NCBI GenBank assembly: GCA_030704615.1 | Contig: CM060732.1 | Span: 24,738,001 to 24,802,000 of the forward strand | Direction: 5' to 3' | From: Takakia lepidozioides | Lineage: Eukaryota; Plantae; Bryophyta | Length of the DNA: 64,000 nt | Notes under the pieces: model-generated | Databases searched by the model: none | Told to the model about the DNA's origin: nothing | Seen by the model: only the letters and a program-made list of their open reading frames with translations | Translations under genes and position numbers: made by a program | In this document: in pieces, positions 11,101 to 21,846 of the stretch | Layout: the number at the start of each line of letters is the position of its first letter | Numbering within the stretch: the stretch's first letter is position 1

Positions 11101-14100
11101 AGGACTTACATCTTCTGTCTCCCGCAGACGTTGCCGAAAGCGGTCGCGCTGGCTACATATCACCTCCAACATAGAGTTCTGCTCCTCATCTCCAAGAAAC
11201 TGCTTCCCACCTCCACCATGCTGCCATCCCCGGCAATCCACCCATCAACTGTTGTTGGCCCATGGGTAGCTGGTTCTAGGTATGCACCTTGGCAAGAACA
11301 GTTAATATGATAAGCCACAACAGAGCAATATTTCATTGCCGCAAGCTAAACAGCAAGAGGCAAAAGAAGTACCTCAAACAAATCCGGGATACCTGCATCA
11401 GGTGCATCCCAATCATCTGTCTGCTTGATTGCTCGTCGGTCTGTTGAATTATACCCCTGCTACCATGACAGCCAACAGAATGCCACCACGTTTAAAATTC
11501 GTTTCATTGAAAGTAGTAGGCTCCGCATGAATTTCTTGATACAGCGTTGGCTTTTTTTGGCCAGGTGACAACATCATTACTGAGCAAAGGTTGCGACACC
11601 TATCACAAGGGAGAGCTTCCATTCCAGTACACATACTTCCCCCACGATTGACCCTCCAATATCCCAAGACAGAAGACATCCTCCAGCAATTTTCAAGCAA
11701 AAGTTGAACATTTTGAGTGTGCATTGGAGGGTTAGACGTACCATCTTATCTTCAAGCACCTTGAAGCAGCTGTGTGATGAGAATAAACAGGTATGACTGA
11801 AATATGAAGAAGATGCATAATGTTGGATAAAACATAGAGAAGTTCATTACGCACCTTGAGTATGTCTTCTTCCAGCTTGACAATTAATGCCTTCTGGTCC
11901 TCCACCTTGAGGTCCAGCTCTCTCACCCGCTCTTCCGCACCTGCTGCTGCTGCTGACCTTTCTGACAGTTGTAACTGTCCAGACCCCACAACATTCCCTA
12001 AGATTCAATCCGTCACAATCCATTCAACCTACACAAAGATTATCCTCCGTTCCTCTCAGCCCCTTGCTGCTCTCTCTCTCACTCTCTCTCTCTCACGTTA
12101 TAAAGCACCATTTCATTTCGTTTCTCTCTCTCTTTCTCCCTTTGTTGGGCAAACCACACACAGCAGATTGATGCTTGTGTAAAGGGATTTCTGGAGGATA
12201 TCTGGAGAACTCGGATCAATTGTCTGTTCCAAGGTAAGTCATACTGCTGACAAAGGTAGCTTCTGTCCCTTCGTGTTTCGCTCAACTGAGCACTGTGTCA
12301 ATGGCCACAAGGCTACGGCAAACAACGTCTTATGAGTACATTCTCTTTCTCCCTCACATACTCTTGTTCCACAAACTGGGCATGGAGTCTATGGCCACAA
12401 GGCTACGGCAAACGTCGTCTTATGAGTACATTCTTTCTCCCTCATACAGAAACACACCTACAACATTCGTTAGTCAATATCGAATTCTTGTGTTCACACC
12501 TTTACTATGGTGAGTTCATGCTCCATCTTCCGGTTTTTATCCAGTAGCAATGTCTCCAGTTTCCCAATGTCCTCACCCCGCGTAGCCAGCTCCCAGTCCT
12601 CTGCTTCCACAGAGTTGTAGCCTACCGCCTGCACACACGTATCATACACCATACTTTCATCAATATTGACATTGTATATAGCTGTGCGTACTATGTGCTT
12701 ATCTGTCGGCCTATAAAAACATTCAGTGGACGGGGAGAGTGAGTGTGTGAGAGAGAGAATGAACTCATGAGACTTTGTTTCCCTTATAGCCGAGAGAGAG
12801 AGAGAGAATGTACTCATAAGACGTTGTTTGCCATAGCCTTGTGGCCATTGACAAGAGAGATTGTACTCATAAGACGTTGTTTGCCGTAGCCTTGTGGCCA
12901 TTGACCCCGCGCCCAGTTTGAGCGGGAACAAAAGGGACAGAACCTACCTCTGTCAGGGGCTGACGTTGGTAGTAAGACTTACCTCCATATAAAGAATTAA
13001 TCCGGGTTTTCCAGATATCCTCTAGAAATCCCTTCACACAAGCATCAATCTGCTGTGTGTGATTTGCCCAAAAACTAGGCCTCAGGAGGGCCTGGGCTTT
13101 TGGCTCAGCCTCGAGACTTTCAAAGTTGGTAAACAGGGGTACAGGCACAATTCCCTTGATAGATTTGAAGAGAGCGTCTCTTTGGTGAGAGAACCCTGAC
13201 AGTGTATCAGAAAATGAATACTGTCTTCAGATTGCCCACACAACGGGCAATTGCACTCTCCCTTTCCTCTCTGCTTCTGTTTGCTGTTCAAAGGTAGGCT
13301 TCCTGCCCTGAGTTTAAATTTCAGAGAGATTGTACTCATAAGACGTTGTTTGCCGTAGCCTTGTGGCCATTGACCTCGCGCCCAGTTTGAGCGGGAACAA
13401 AAGGGACAGAACCTACCTCTGTCAGGGGCTGACGTTGGTAGTAAGACTTACCTCCATATAAAGAATTAATCCGGGTTTTCCAGATATCCTCTAGAAATCC
13501 CTTCACACAAGCATCAATCTGCTGTGTGTGATTTGCCCAAAAACTAGGCCTCAGGAGGGCCTGGGCTTTTGGCTCAGCCTCGAGACTTTCAAAGTTGGTA
13601 AACAGGGGTACAGGCACAATTCCCTTAATAGATTTGAAGAGAGCGTCTCTTTGGTGAGAGAACCCCGGACAGTGTATCAGAAAATGAATACTGTCTTCAG
13701 ATTGCCCACACAACGGGCAATTGCACTCTCCCTTTCCTCTCTGCTTCTGTTTGCTGTTCAAAGGTAGGCTTCCTGCCCTGAGTTTAAATTTCAGTCTAGT
13801 GCCGAGAGTGGGTAGACCCTTGAGGTCATCCAAGATGTCCTCCCCCATGTCACAGACTGGAAACAAGTTCAGGGAAGTTTTCTGCCTAACTTCATTTTCA
13901 TCAGACAATCTCATGGCAACAGACATGGCTGAAGACACTACAGCCTCTAAGTCAGATTTATCCAGCAGGGTCAAGACTTGCGGATACAGGTCCAGGTCCT
14001 TGAGGATCTCTTCTACTCTCTTCTGCCAGGACTTAGCCTGTTTGACAGGGCGGTCCTGTTTCCAAGATATAGAGTCGATTAACTTAGGATATCTGGTGTT

Positions 14101-17100
14101 GGGCATATGTTGCAGCTGACCCCACCATCTGACCTTGAATTCATCTCGTCGGGAGCTTAAGGACGGAATGCCAAACTCACCCCGAACAGCCACATTGGCT
14201 GTTTTGGAGCATGCTGACATACACTCCTTAAGCACCCCCACTTGAATGGACTCTAGAGACTTAGCCTGGTTGGAGTTATCAACCCATATAGCAGATCCGT
14301 ACTCCAAGGCAGGTCTAATAACGCGACAAAGCATGGTTTCCTTAACCTCAGAGTTGACCCCTCTGCAGTGGAAAAATTTAGTGAGCCCCAGAGCTTTGCC
14401 CTTGCCAGTTTGAACAACTTTCCGGATATGTGCATCCCAATTACAATTGGAGGAGAACTCAACGCCCAGGTAAGTGTAGGAAGGGAGGACCGGGATCTCT
14501 TGGCTACCCCACTGCCACTTAAGATCACTTCCTCCCTCTCCTCTGTCGTTGAATGCTACCACTGCACATTTGCTGACATTAGCCTCTAGCCCCCAAAGAT
14601 CAAAGTATCTCTTCGCGCAATCAATCAACTCCTGGAGATTGGTTGGAGTCTCCCCTATGCCTGCGAAGTCATCCGCAAACATAAGGGCTGGTATGGTGGT
14701 ATCACCCACCCTTAACCCAAATCCCTCACTTTCCACATCCTCGAGGAGTTGATTGATGAAAACATTGAAGAGCAGAGGGGAGAGAGTACATCCTTGAGCT
14801 ACACCTTGGTCTATGTCAAAGAAGTTGGACTTCTGTCTGTTAACAGTGACACAGCTTTTGGTGTGAGCATACAAGTTGTGGACAACTCTCCACATCTTTC
14901 CCTTGATCCCACAAGACCAGAGGCGGAACCATAGGCCATCTCTCCACAGTGTCATAAGCCTTTTGGCATCCAGGAAAAAGACATAAGTGGGTTTCCCTTC
15001 TTTTTTCCTTCCCTGGATAATCTGGCTTAGAGTGAAGATATGATCCACACAGCCCCTGTTTTGCCGAAAGCCAGCTTGGCCTTCGTGGAAACAACCTCTA
15101 GACTCCAGATCAACCTCGAGACGAGTACTTATAACTCTGCAGAATGTCTTGCCAACAGCATTGAGGAGCGTGATGCCACGGTAGTTCCCCGGTTCTTCTC
15201 TGTCACCCTTCTTGTATAGATTGACAATGACCCCCTGTCGCCAGCGAAAGGGGATCATTTCAGTCTTCCAGATAAGGTTAAAGAGGAGAACTAGGGCCTC
15301 TATCATGGGATCGCCACCGTGCTTGATAAGCTCGTTGACAATACCATCAGATCCACCAGCTTTATATCCATTTAAATGTTCAATTGCTTCCACAATCTCA
15401 GAAGAACTAATGGGAGCATTATAAGCCATTGAAATATACTCCAGTTCATCAGGGCTGTTTTGAATCGTAGGAACAGTTTTTCCAACTGTGTCCCTCCATT
15501 CAGCAGAAGACCCCTCACTGTTAAACCTAGAAGTTCTGCCAAGGATACTGTAGTGAGTTTCAAAGGTTTTGACAATGTCAACCGATGAAGTCACCACTGC
15601 ACCTTTAGTAGTCTTCAGCGCTTGTACTTGCTGACCGTTTTTCGGCTTGTACAAACGTTGAAGGGCCAACCAGAATTTCTTGTCATTACCACCATGGTGG
15701 TTTGAGTTTATTTCACTGTATAACTTGTCCCAGTATAATTTCTTCTGAGACCTAACAAGCTGATTGATATCTTTACGGAGCTGGTAGTACCTCGCCCACA
15801 ATTCTCTGTTGGTTTCCAAATTGCAGCACTCTTTATAGAGGGCTCGTCTCTCAACTATCTTGTCTGCGGTAGAGCAGTTAATTGGTGGACTAATGAGATT
15901 AAACTCTGAGAGAGAGAGAGAGAGAGAGTATAAGAAACTATATACTGACCCTAAGAGCCATGGTATGAAGTAGAACAACAATCAGTTGAATTGAATACAC
16001 AATGTGTCACTCAAATTCATAGATGTAGAGATGATGAGTATGCACAAGGCTTGATAACCTGCAAGATTTTGACTTGTTTGCGTAGGTCTTCTACTTGCTT
16101 GGCAGTAGGCCGCTCACTGATCTCTTGCTGGAGCCCTTCAAGGAATGCATCCTGCCACCCCATGCCACCCTGTTACACATCATGTTCTGCCCCTGGAGTC
16201 CACTTCTGTTTGTAAAGCAATTTCTTTGGCACCCTCCCAAGTGCTCCATGATTTGAGTGCAAAAAAATCGACTGCAGGCTAAATCATCCACTGTTCACAT
16301 ATTACATCGACACAGTTGCTTTCACTGAAGTCTCTCTCACCTTTTCATTGATGAGAGCATTAAGTCTCTTCAGCTCCACAAGGTGCTGTTCACGCTCATT
16401 TGATAGTGTGGTCTCTGTGTTGTGTAGCTCTAGATGCAGCTCTGATATAATCTTCTCCTTGGCACTCAGGGAAGCTTCCAGGTTGCTGCTTGCCTCATTG
16501 TCTAGCCTGCTTTCACATGCCACAGAAGTTGAATGCCAAAACTACCCTCATTGCAAAGGCTGTAAAGTGGAACTTCGAAAAAGTTCAGAGAGAGGAAGGT
16601 CTCTGCAATTTTAGAGTGTGTTCTGGAATCATGGACATGCTCTGCAGAGAAAGTGTGGTTTCTGGTGGCTGCTCACCAAAATCTGTAACCACCTAGTTTT
16701 AGAGTGTGTTCTGGAATCATGGACATGCTCTGCAGAAAAAGTGAGTGGTTTCTAGTGGCTGCTCCTCACTCGAATGTCATCATGCTTCAATTTTACATGA
16801 AGCCAACTTCTCCCGCAAGGGGAAGAGACTCCTATTTATGCTAACTTCAGTTGGCGTCATCTCTCTCTCAAGCCAACTCACCCAGAGGGCTTACCGTTCC
16901 TGGAACTCTGCCTCCTGGTTGTGCACTGCCTGAAGTTGTGACCGCAATTGCTCCTGCCAACCTAACGCAAGTTAATATTTTAAGAAGGTAATATTGGTAT
17001 AATTTCTTACCTTGCACCATGTATACATCTTCCTTTCAAATTCTTTTCTGGTGGAGTTTGAACATTGGACAAGCTTGTTAGCCGTTAGAACAGAGAAGTC

Positions 17101-20100
17101 AACTTATTTCCAAGCACCAGCTTTCATGTGAGAATATCTCTCTCTCCAACAAGCTCTCTGGGCTTCTTGTCGACGTTATAAGTCCCTTTGTTATTTTTCT
17201 CTCAGCTCTATCACAAGATTACAGCTACTATTTTCTCATGTATCAACAAGCCCCTAGGGACCCCAAATCACAAGACTGGGAAGAGCCGTCTGATCATTAC
17301 ATGCCTCTCTCCTCCCTCCCTGTAGCCGACATTATAAAGTACTATTTCATTTCACTTCTCTTCACTCTGTCTCCTCAGATACTGGCAGCTCTGCCCAAAA
17401 CACTTAGAACGCAGTTTTCAGCCTTGTTCACACCATAGATTATATCTAGGTTTATATCTGTCAAAAACGTGAAATTTCAATTGGAATCTAACGCAGAAAA
17501 ACCTTTTCTCTCTCCAGGCTCATAAGTCGGCTCTGTGCACGGTCCACTTCGTCGGTCAGCAGGTTCAGCTCTGACTGCTTTGCTGCACTGATCTCCTCTG
17601 AACATCAGGTAAAAGCAAGAAAACTGAGAGAGTAGTCTTGTCCGCAATTTCAGCAAAAAGGACAGGCGGAGAGAACAAGGAGACGAAAGGAACTCTATTT
17701 CCCCGATGGAAGCTCAAAGAGCTTCTGGGACAAGATGCATAATGAGCAAAGACAGAAGAATTAGCATGCAGCTGAGAGCTTGCTCTTTCACTTTTAAAAG
17801 ACCTTCAGCAAAGGCATACTTTGCATTGTACTTGACAGTCAGGTGCTGCAACCTGAAGGGTCTGCTCATTGTGCATTCCAGGAAACATGGAGCTTAACTT
17901 CCCATCTCGTGGGCCGTGCTTGTGCATTAGCTCTAAGGGGTTAATAGATAGTTTGACTGAGGATGTCCTTCTTGAGTTTAAAACATATAAGGAAAGAGAT
18001 GCCCAGTCAGTATTAGTGCCCAGCATGATCTATACAAATTATACTTTTATGCAGGACATCAAGTTTGGAAAATGGCAGGGAAACTGGAACACTTAATCTG
18101 AGACAAGTTAATAGAAAAAGCAAGGGCGTGTTGGGCAACACCAGACTGAGCTCGAAGATCAAAGAGCTGGCTCTGCCCATACTCATGAAGCCGCTGCATA
18201 TTCTGCACACTCTCTTTGGCTGCCCGTAACTGATCTTGTAGAAAACTCTCCCTACAAGCAGGCAAATGAGTTCAACGTTGGTCTCAATCTCGTCTCCCTG
18301 TCTCGCTGTGTCTCTCTCCCCATGTTGAAGATAGCAATGGAACTGATAACTGTTCTAAACTTACATTTACAAATTTTTCAACTCATAATGACCACTGTTA
18401 CTGATCGATGATGCAAAGAACTGCCAACAGTCGAAAACGGAAGTTCATCTTTAAGCCCTTGCACATTACCTCTCTTTGAGCACTTCCAGGTTCTTTTGAC
18501 TTTCCTCTGCCAGGCTTCTCTGCTTCATCTCTACAATTTCCTTCACTTTTTCCTCCATCTGTGGACAATGGTACAAAACAGATAAACCCTATTGCCTCAT
18601 TATATTTCATTCCCCACTGCTGACTGTACCGTTCTCTAGAGCAACTCAGGCTAAATCTAAAGTGCCCGCAGCTGGACAAAGCATTTTGAGCAGCTCTGTC
18701 TCTAGCTACCTTTCTCCCCTGGAAAACCTGCAACGGGAGGACCGCCTATGTCCAGCTTGCACAGGGCGCAACCGGGAAATTGAAACTGAAGAACACTTCT
18801 TCTATTGCCCTCTATACTATGAGATCCGTGGGAGATTGCACTGTCTATTCCGCGGAACCCAATCTCTCACTGAAGTCTTCCACTATGAGGATCAGAAATG
18901 CTTGGCAGCTTACCTGCACGAGGCCTTCACCCTTGGACAATCACTCGAGCAATAGTTTTTATTTTTGGCTCTGGTTTTGTTTCCTCTCTCATGTTTTCTT
19001 CCATTTTGTCCCATAAGCTCTATGAGCTTTCCGCAGACGTTATAAGCACCATTTCATTTCATTTCCCCTGTCACTACTATTTGAAGTCACAAATTACCAT
19101 ATCAATTTCTTGCTCAAGCCAAACCGACTGGAAGGGAGAATCCTCCCAATTAATAACTAGTGTCTAATACATTCCAGGAAAAACCTGTGGGAGTTGCAAA
19201 GATAGATGAACTGCCAATAAGCATATCAAGGAAAAAATTTGAACAAAGAGGAGTCATATTAACCTGCTGTTCCAATAGCCGGTTACGTTCCTCCAAGCGG
19301 CGAACAGTAGCTTGCTGATTCTTAAGATGGGCAGCCTCTGTGCGATATTCCTCCAGCTCTTGCTTCATTTTGCGATTCTCAGACTCCAGCTCTGCCACCT
19401 TCCCTGCCACCTCCTGGAGCAATTTGGCAAGACAAAGAAAGATTTGCCTCAATTGGGTTAGCAAACTGATGTGATATAACAAGTTGGGCACGTAGAAGCC
19501 TAGAGCATCCATACCTTCGGGAGATTACTTAGCGGTATTCTGCATTCATTGTGAGGGACGTCTATATTGTGTATTATATTAAACATATATCATCGCCTTA
19601 CAAGTGGTACTAGGGTTTGTCAGTTTCCACATAAACGTCTCAAATTCTCTCTCTCTCTCACTCGCATCCTGAAGGAAACAAATCCTCCTTGGTTCACCCC
19701 AACCTTATACAGTAACCTGAGATCAGAGAAAGTTGTCTACTTTTGGAATCGCTTGAGAGTATTACACCAAGAACCTGAAGAATAGGCAGCTGGCAGTCCT
19801 CAGTCATTCAAAAGCTGATATTCCTCAGATAATGCACAAGCTGCAACGTTGGAGGCTGGTGAATCAGAATGCTAAGATCCAAACTCTACCACACCAGGTC
19901 CTTCAACTAAAAGATCTCTTTGATGGGATTTCCTTGGTAGAGATCCTGATCAGGTATACAGTCTGTTAGGGCTACTGAACATTGTATCCACAATTCTTCA
20001 CTACATTCCCAGCTAACAATCATCGTCAAATAAATTCCTTGTCGCCACAATGTATAGACACCCTTGACATACTTACTGTTGCAGAAGATAGCGCTGGAAC

Positions 20101-21846
20101 GGGGTCAGGGGCCTCATAAAGTTTTTGATAAATGTTGAGAAATGCATTCTCTCCAAATTTGGCACGCTTTGTAAGATTGTCCACCTCTTCCTGGTAGCCC
20201 TTCAGCAGCGCTGGAAATGTTTTCGTCTTATCCTCCAATCCAGCCTTCTTGAAATCTGCAAAGAGAGGAACAATTTCAACGGTGTCAAAGCAATTTAGGA
20301 ACCCAATTCAACAAGCTTATCCAAGTTAGGAGCTGAAGTGAAGGTGCCAGAAAATATATCGATATGAATCAGTCCTTTAGGGGTACCCCCAACAGCGAGC
20401 TCCAGAGGAAAGGGCTACAGGTCTATAGGTCTTCTGAGATCAGCTAGAATAAGCTAACTTTTTCAAATGAGCATCAATGTGTGTGAGCAGCCTGATGTGC
20501 TCTCTCAAGTAGGCTTAGGATTTACCATCATAATATCATGGGAGCAAGAATTATGAGAATGTGTCTCCCTATCCCACAGAACAGGTGGTTAGATTGTACT
20601 CATAAGACGTTGTTTGCCGTAGCCTTGTGGCCATTGACCCCGCGCCCAGTTTGAGCGGGAACAAAAGGGACAGAACCTACCTCTGTCAGGGGCTGACGTT
20701 GGTAGTAAGACTTACCTCCATATAAAGAATTAATCCGGTGGTTAGAGTGATAGCCACAAGGATATGGCAATCTCAGAAACTCAGCAAATTTCCTTCTCTT
20801 TTACTTCTCTTCCACATCAACGTTTCCTCAGATGCCAGAGCCCTCAGGTAAGGAGTGGAGATGCCCCAAAAATCGCTAGCTAGCACCACAAACCAAAGTA
20901 TGTCATAATCTAGTTTGAACACAACCCCTTTATCTGCAATATGCGCGCCAATGCACCCCCATCCTTGTAGAACCATGCTTTATGAGAGAAAGCAGATAAT
21001 AGAGATAGCAGCAGTGTTACATACCGCGAGTGCTTTCAGCGAGCTTTCGTCGATTTTTGATGCTGCTCTCTTGATTCTCCCCAATCTTCCGCCCTTGCTC
21101 ATCCAATCTCACTCGCCACGTCTCCAAATCAAAATCTGGTAATATTCCAGACCCATCGCGTCATTAGTGATCTGTAAGAAAACTCCCCTCCGTAGTCTGC
21201 CGATATTGCACCCAGCTTCATGCCAATTCATGGCAACTGGGTAAAACTAAGTGAAATGGACACAAATCTGGCATCTAATTGGGACGAGCCCTATTGGCAG
21301 TCTCCCAAACAACTCCCACTATCGAAAGTGAAGAAAATGAGCAAAAGAAGCAGGCAGAGTTTCCAAGAAGAAACTGCTAGAGCGTGTCTTTCTGTTTCTC
21401 TTCTTCACCAACGACGAAAGTATCATCAAAATCATATAGGCCATCAAAACCCAAACCCTCAGGGACTTTGATTTGTTCCAATCCATCCACAAAGGCTGTC
21501 TCGCAACTGAAATTCTATCGTAACTTTTGCATACTCTCTTGCCGCCCTAACCCCTTCCCAAATTCTATAAACACGATCCCACCCTGTCCTTGCAATAGAA
21601 CATCTTCCTTTCCTCGTCCCTAGAAAGAACCCACCTTCTGCTTTACGATGTGCAGACTCGGATCTAGTCTACCCGAACGTATTTCGAGATTTGCAGTACG
21701 ATCTCGGTAAACCTACCTTTCCAGAAAGCTAGCACGAGAGGAATGGGAGAAGCTGAATTGAACACCAATGCTCCTGACACCGGCCGTAAACTCTCTCTCT
21801 CCATCCAGCCATCGCTCACACCCCCATCCGCCATTGCTCCCTCCAT
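8154..21846 (-). CDS. CASP: Golgin CASP (CCAAT-displacement protein alternatively spliced product / CUX1-CASP family), multi-exon
   Basis: Exons FWK|DFDLE, KGYQEEVDNLTKRAKFGENAFLNIYQKLYEAPDP, LKNQQATVRRLEERNR, AVGYNSVEAEDW, KADNVKLYEKIRYVQDY, YKKIYEDDINPF, and the C-terminal TM exon ARTFIFFYSIGLHLLVF. The last exon and stop (8154) are inferred. Confidence 0.92.
9491..10231 (+). mobile_element. Unclassified ~740-bp insertion flanked by an 18-bp direct repeat (probable retro-insertion)
   Basis: TCTCTCTATCAACTCTCT at 9473-9490 and 10232-10249, inside a CASP intron. No recognisable ORF. Strand inferred from the TCT-first junction rule of neighbouring LINEs. Confidence 0.55.
10253..10336 (+). mobile_element. 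Degenerate internal fragment of family-A LINE
   Basis: ctgttcaccaactttcaaaaccttgaggctgaacc...tttgggcagctcacacacagcaagttgatgc aligns to the reverse complement of ~13510-13605 (LFTNFESLEAEPK...FWANHTQQIDA). Confidence 0.7.
12142..12431 (+). mobile_element. Two tandem 5'-truncated family-A LINE 3' ends (~200 bp and ~70 bp)
   Basis: Both end in ATGGCCACAAGGCTACGGCAAAC(A/G)(A/T)CGTCTTATGAGTACAT. TSDs: TCTCTTTCTCCCT (12129-12141 / 12342-12354) and TCTTTCTCCCTCA(CA)TAC (12344-12361 / 12432-12447). Confidence 0.9.
12808..13324 (-). mobile_element. Two additional tandem family-A 3' copies (13324-12861, ~465 bp; 12852-12808, 45 bp) downstream of the long LINE
   Basis: 13324-12861 differs from 13330-13794 at only a few positions. 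Units are joined by TCTCTCT and the array ends in (TC)8 at 12792-12807. Confidence 0.92.
13330..15907 (-). mobile_element. 5'-truncated non-LTR retrotransposon (RTE-X-like, 'family A'): RT plus C-terminal CCHC knuckle, endonuclease missing
   Basis: RT motifs KAGGSDGI, NYRGITLL, QAGFRQNRGCVDHIF, GVAQGCTLSPLLFNVF, FADD, YTYLGV; knuckle CPLCGQSEDSIHFLIHC. The 5' junction abuts (GA)n at 15908-15928. It lies in a CASP intron in sense orientation. Clade assignment is by motif resemblance only. Confidence 0.9.
16609..16767. repeat. ~88-bp tandem duplication in a CASP intron
   Basis: ttttagagtgtgttctggaatcatggacatgctctgcaga...gtggtttct(g/a)gtggctgctc occurs twice. Confidence 0.9.
18640..19065 (+). 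mobile_element. 3' fragment of a second LINE family ('family B', RTE-X-like) with a (CATTT)n tail
   Basis: Translates REDRLCPACTG..IETEEHFFYCPLYYEIRGR (CCHC knuckle) and ends GACGTTATAAGCACCATTTCATTTCATTT. The same terminal motif occurs at ~12095-12120 and, degenerate, at ~17150-17197. Confidence 0.75.
20594..20738 (-). mobile_element. 5'-truncated family-A LINE insertion (~145 bp) with a 10-bp TSD
   Basis: Matches 12861-13004. GGTGGTTAGA at 20584-20593 and 20737-20746. Confidence 0.92.

Noticed and set aside
12299-12902. CRISPR-like array of ~42-bp repeats next to a reverse transcriptase
   Set aside because: The repeats are LINE 3' ends, the 'spacers' are LINE sequence or TSDs, orientations differ, there are no cas genes, and the context is a eukaryotic intron.
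15908-15981. N-terminus of the 881-aa ORF (MLFYFIPW...SLSLSL) as a real start or signal peptide
   Set aside because: It is host intron plus (TC)n read in frame by chance from a non-ATG start. The element is 5'-truncated at ~15907.
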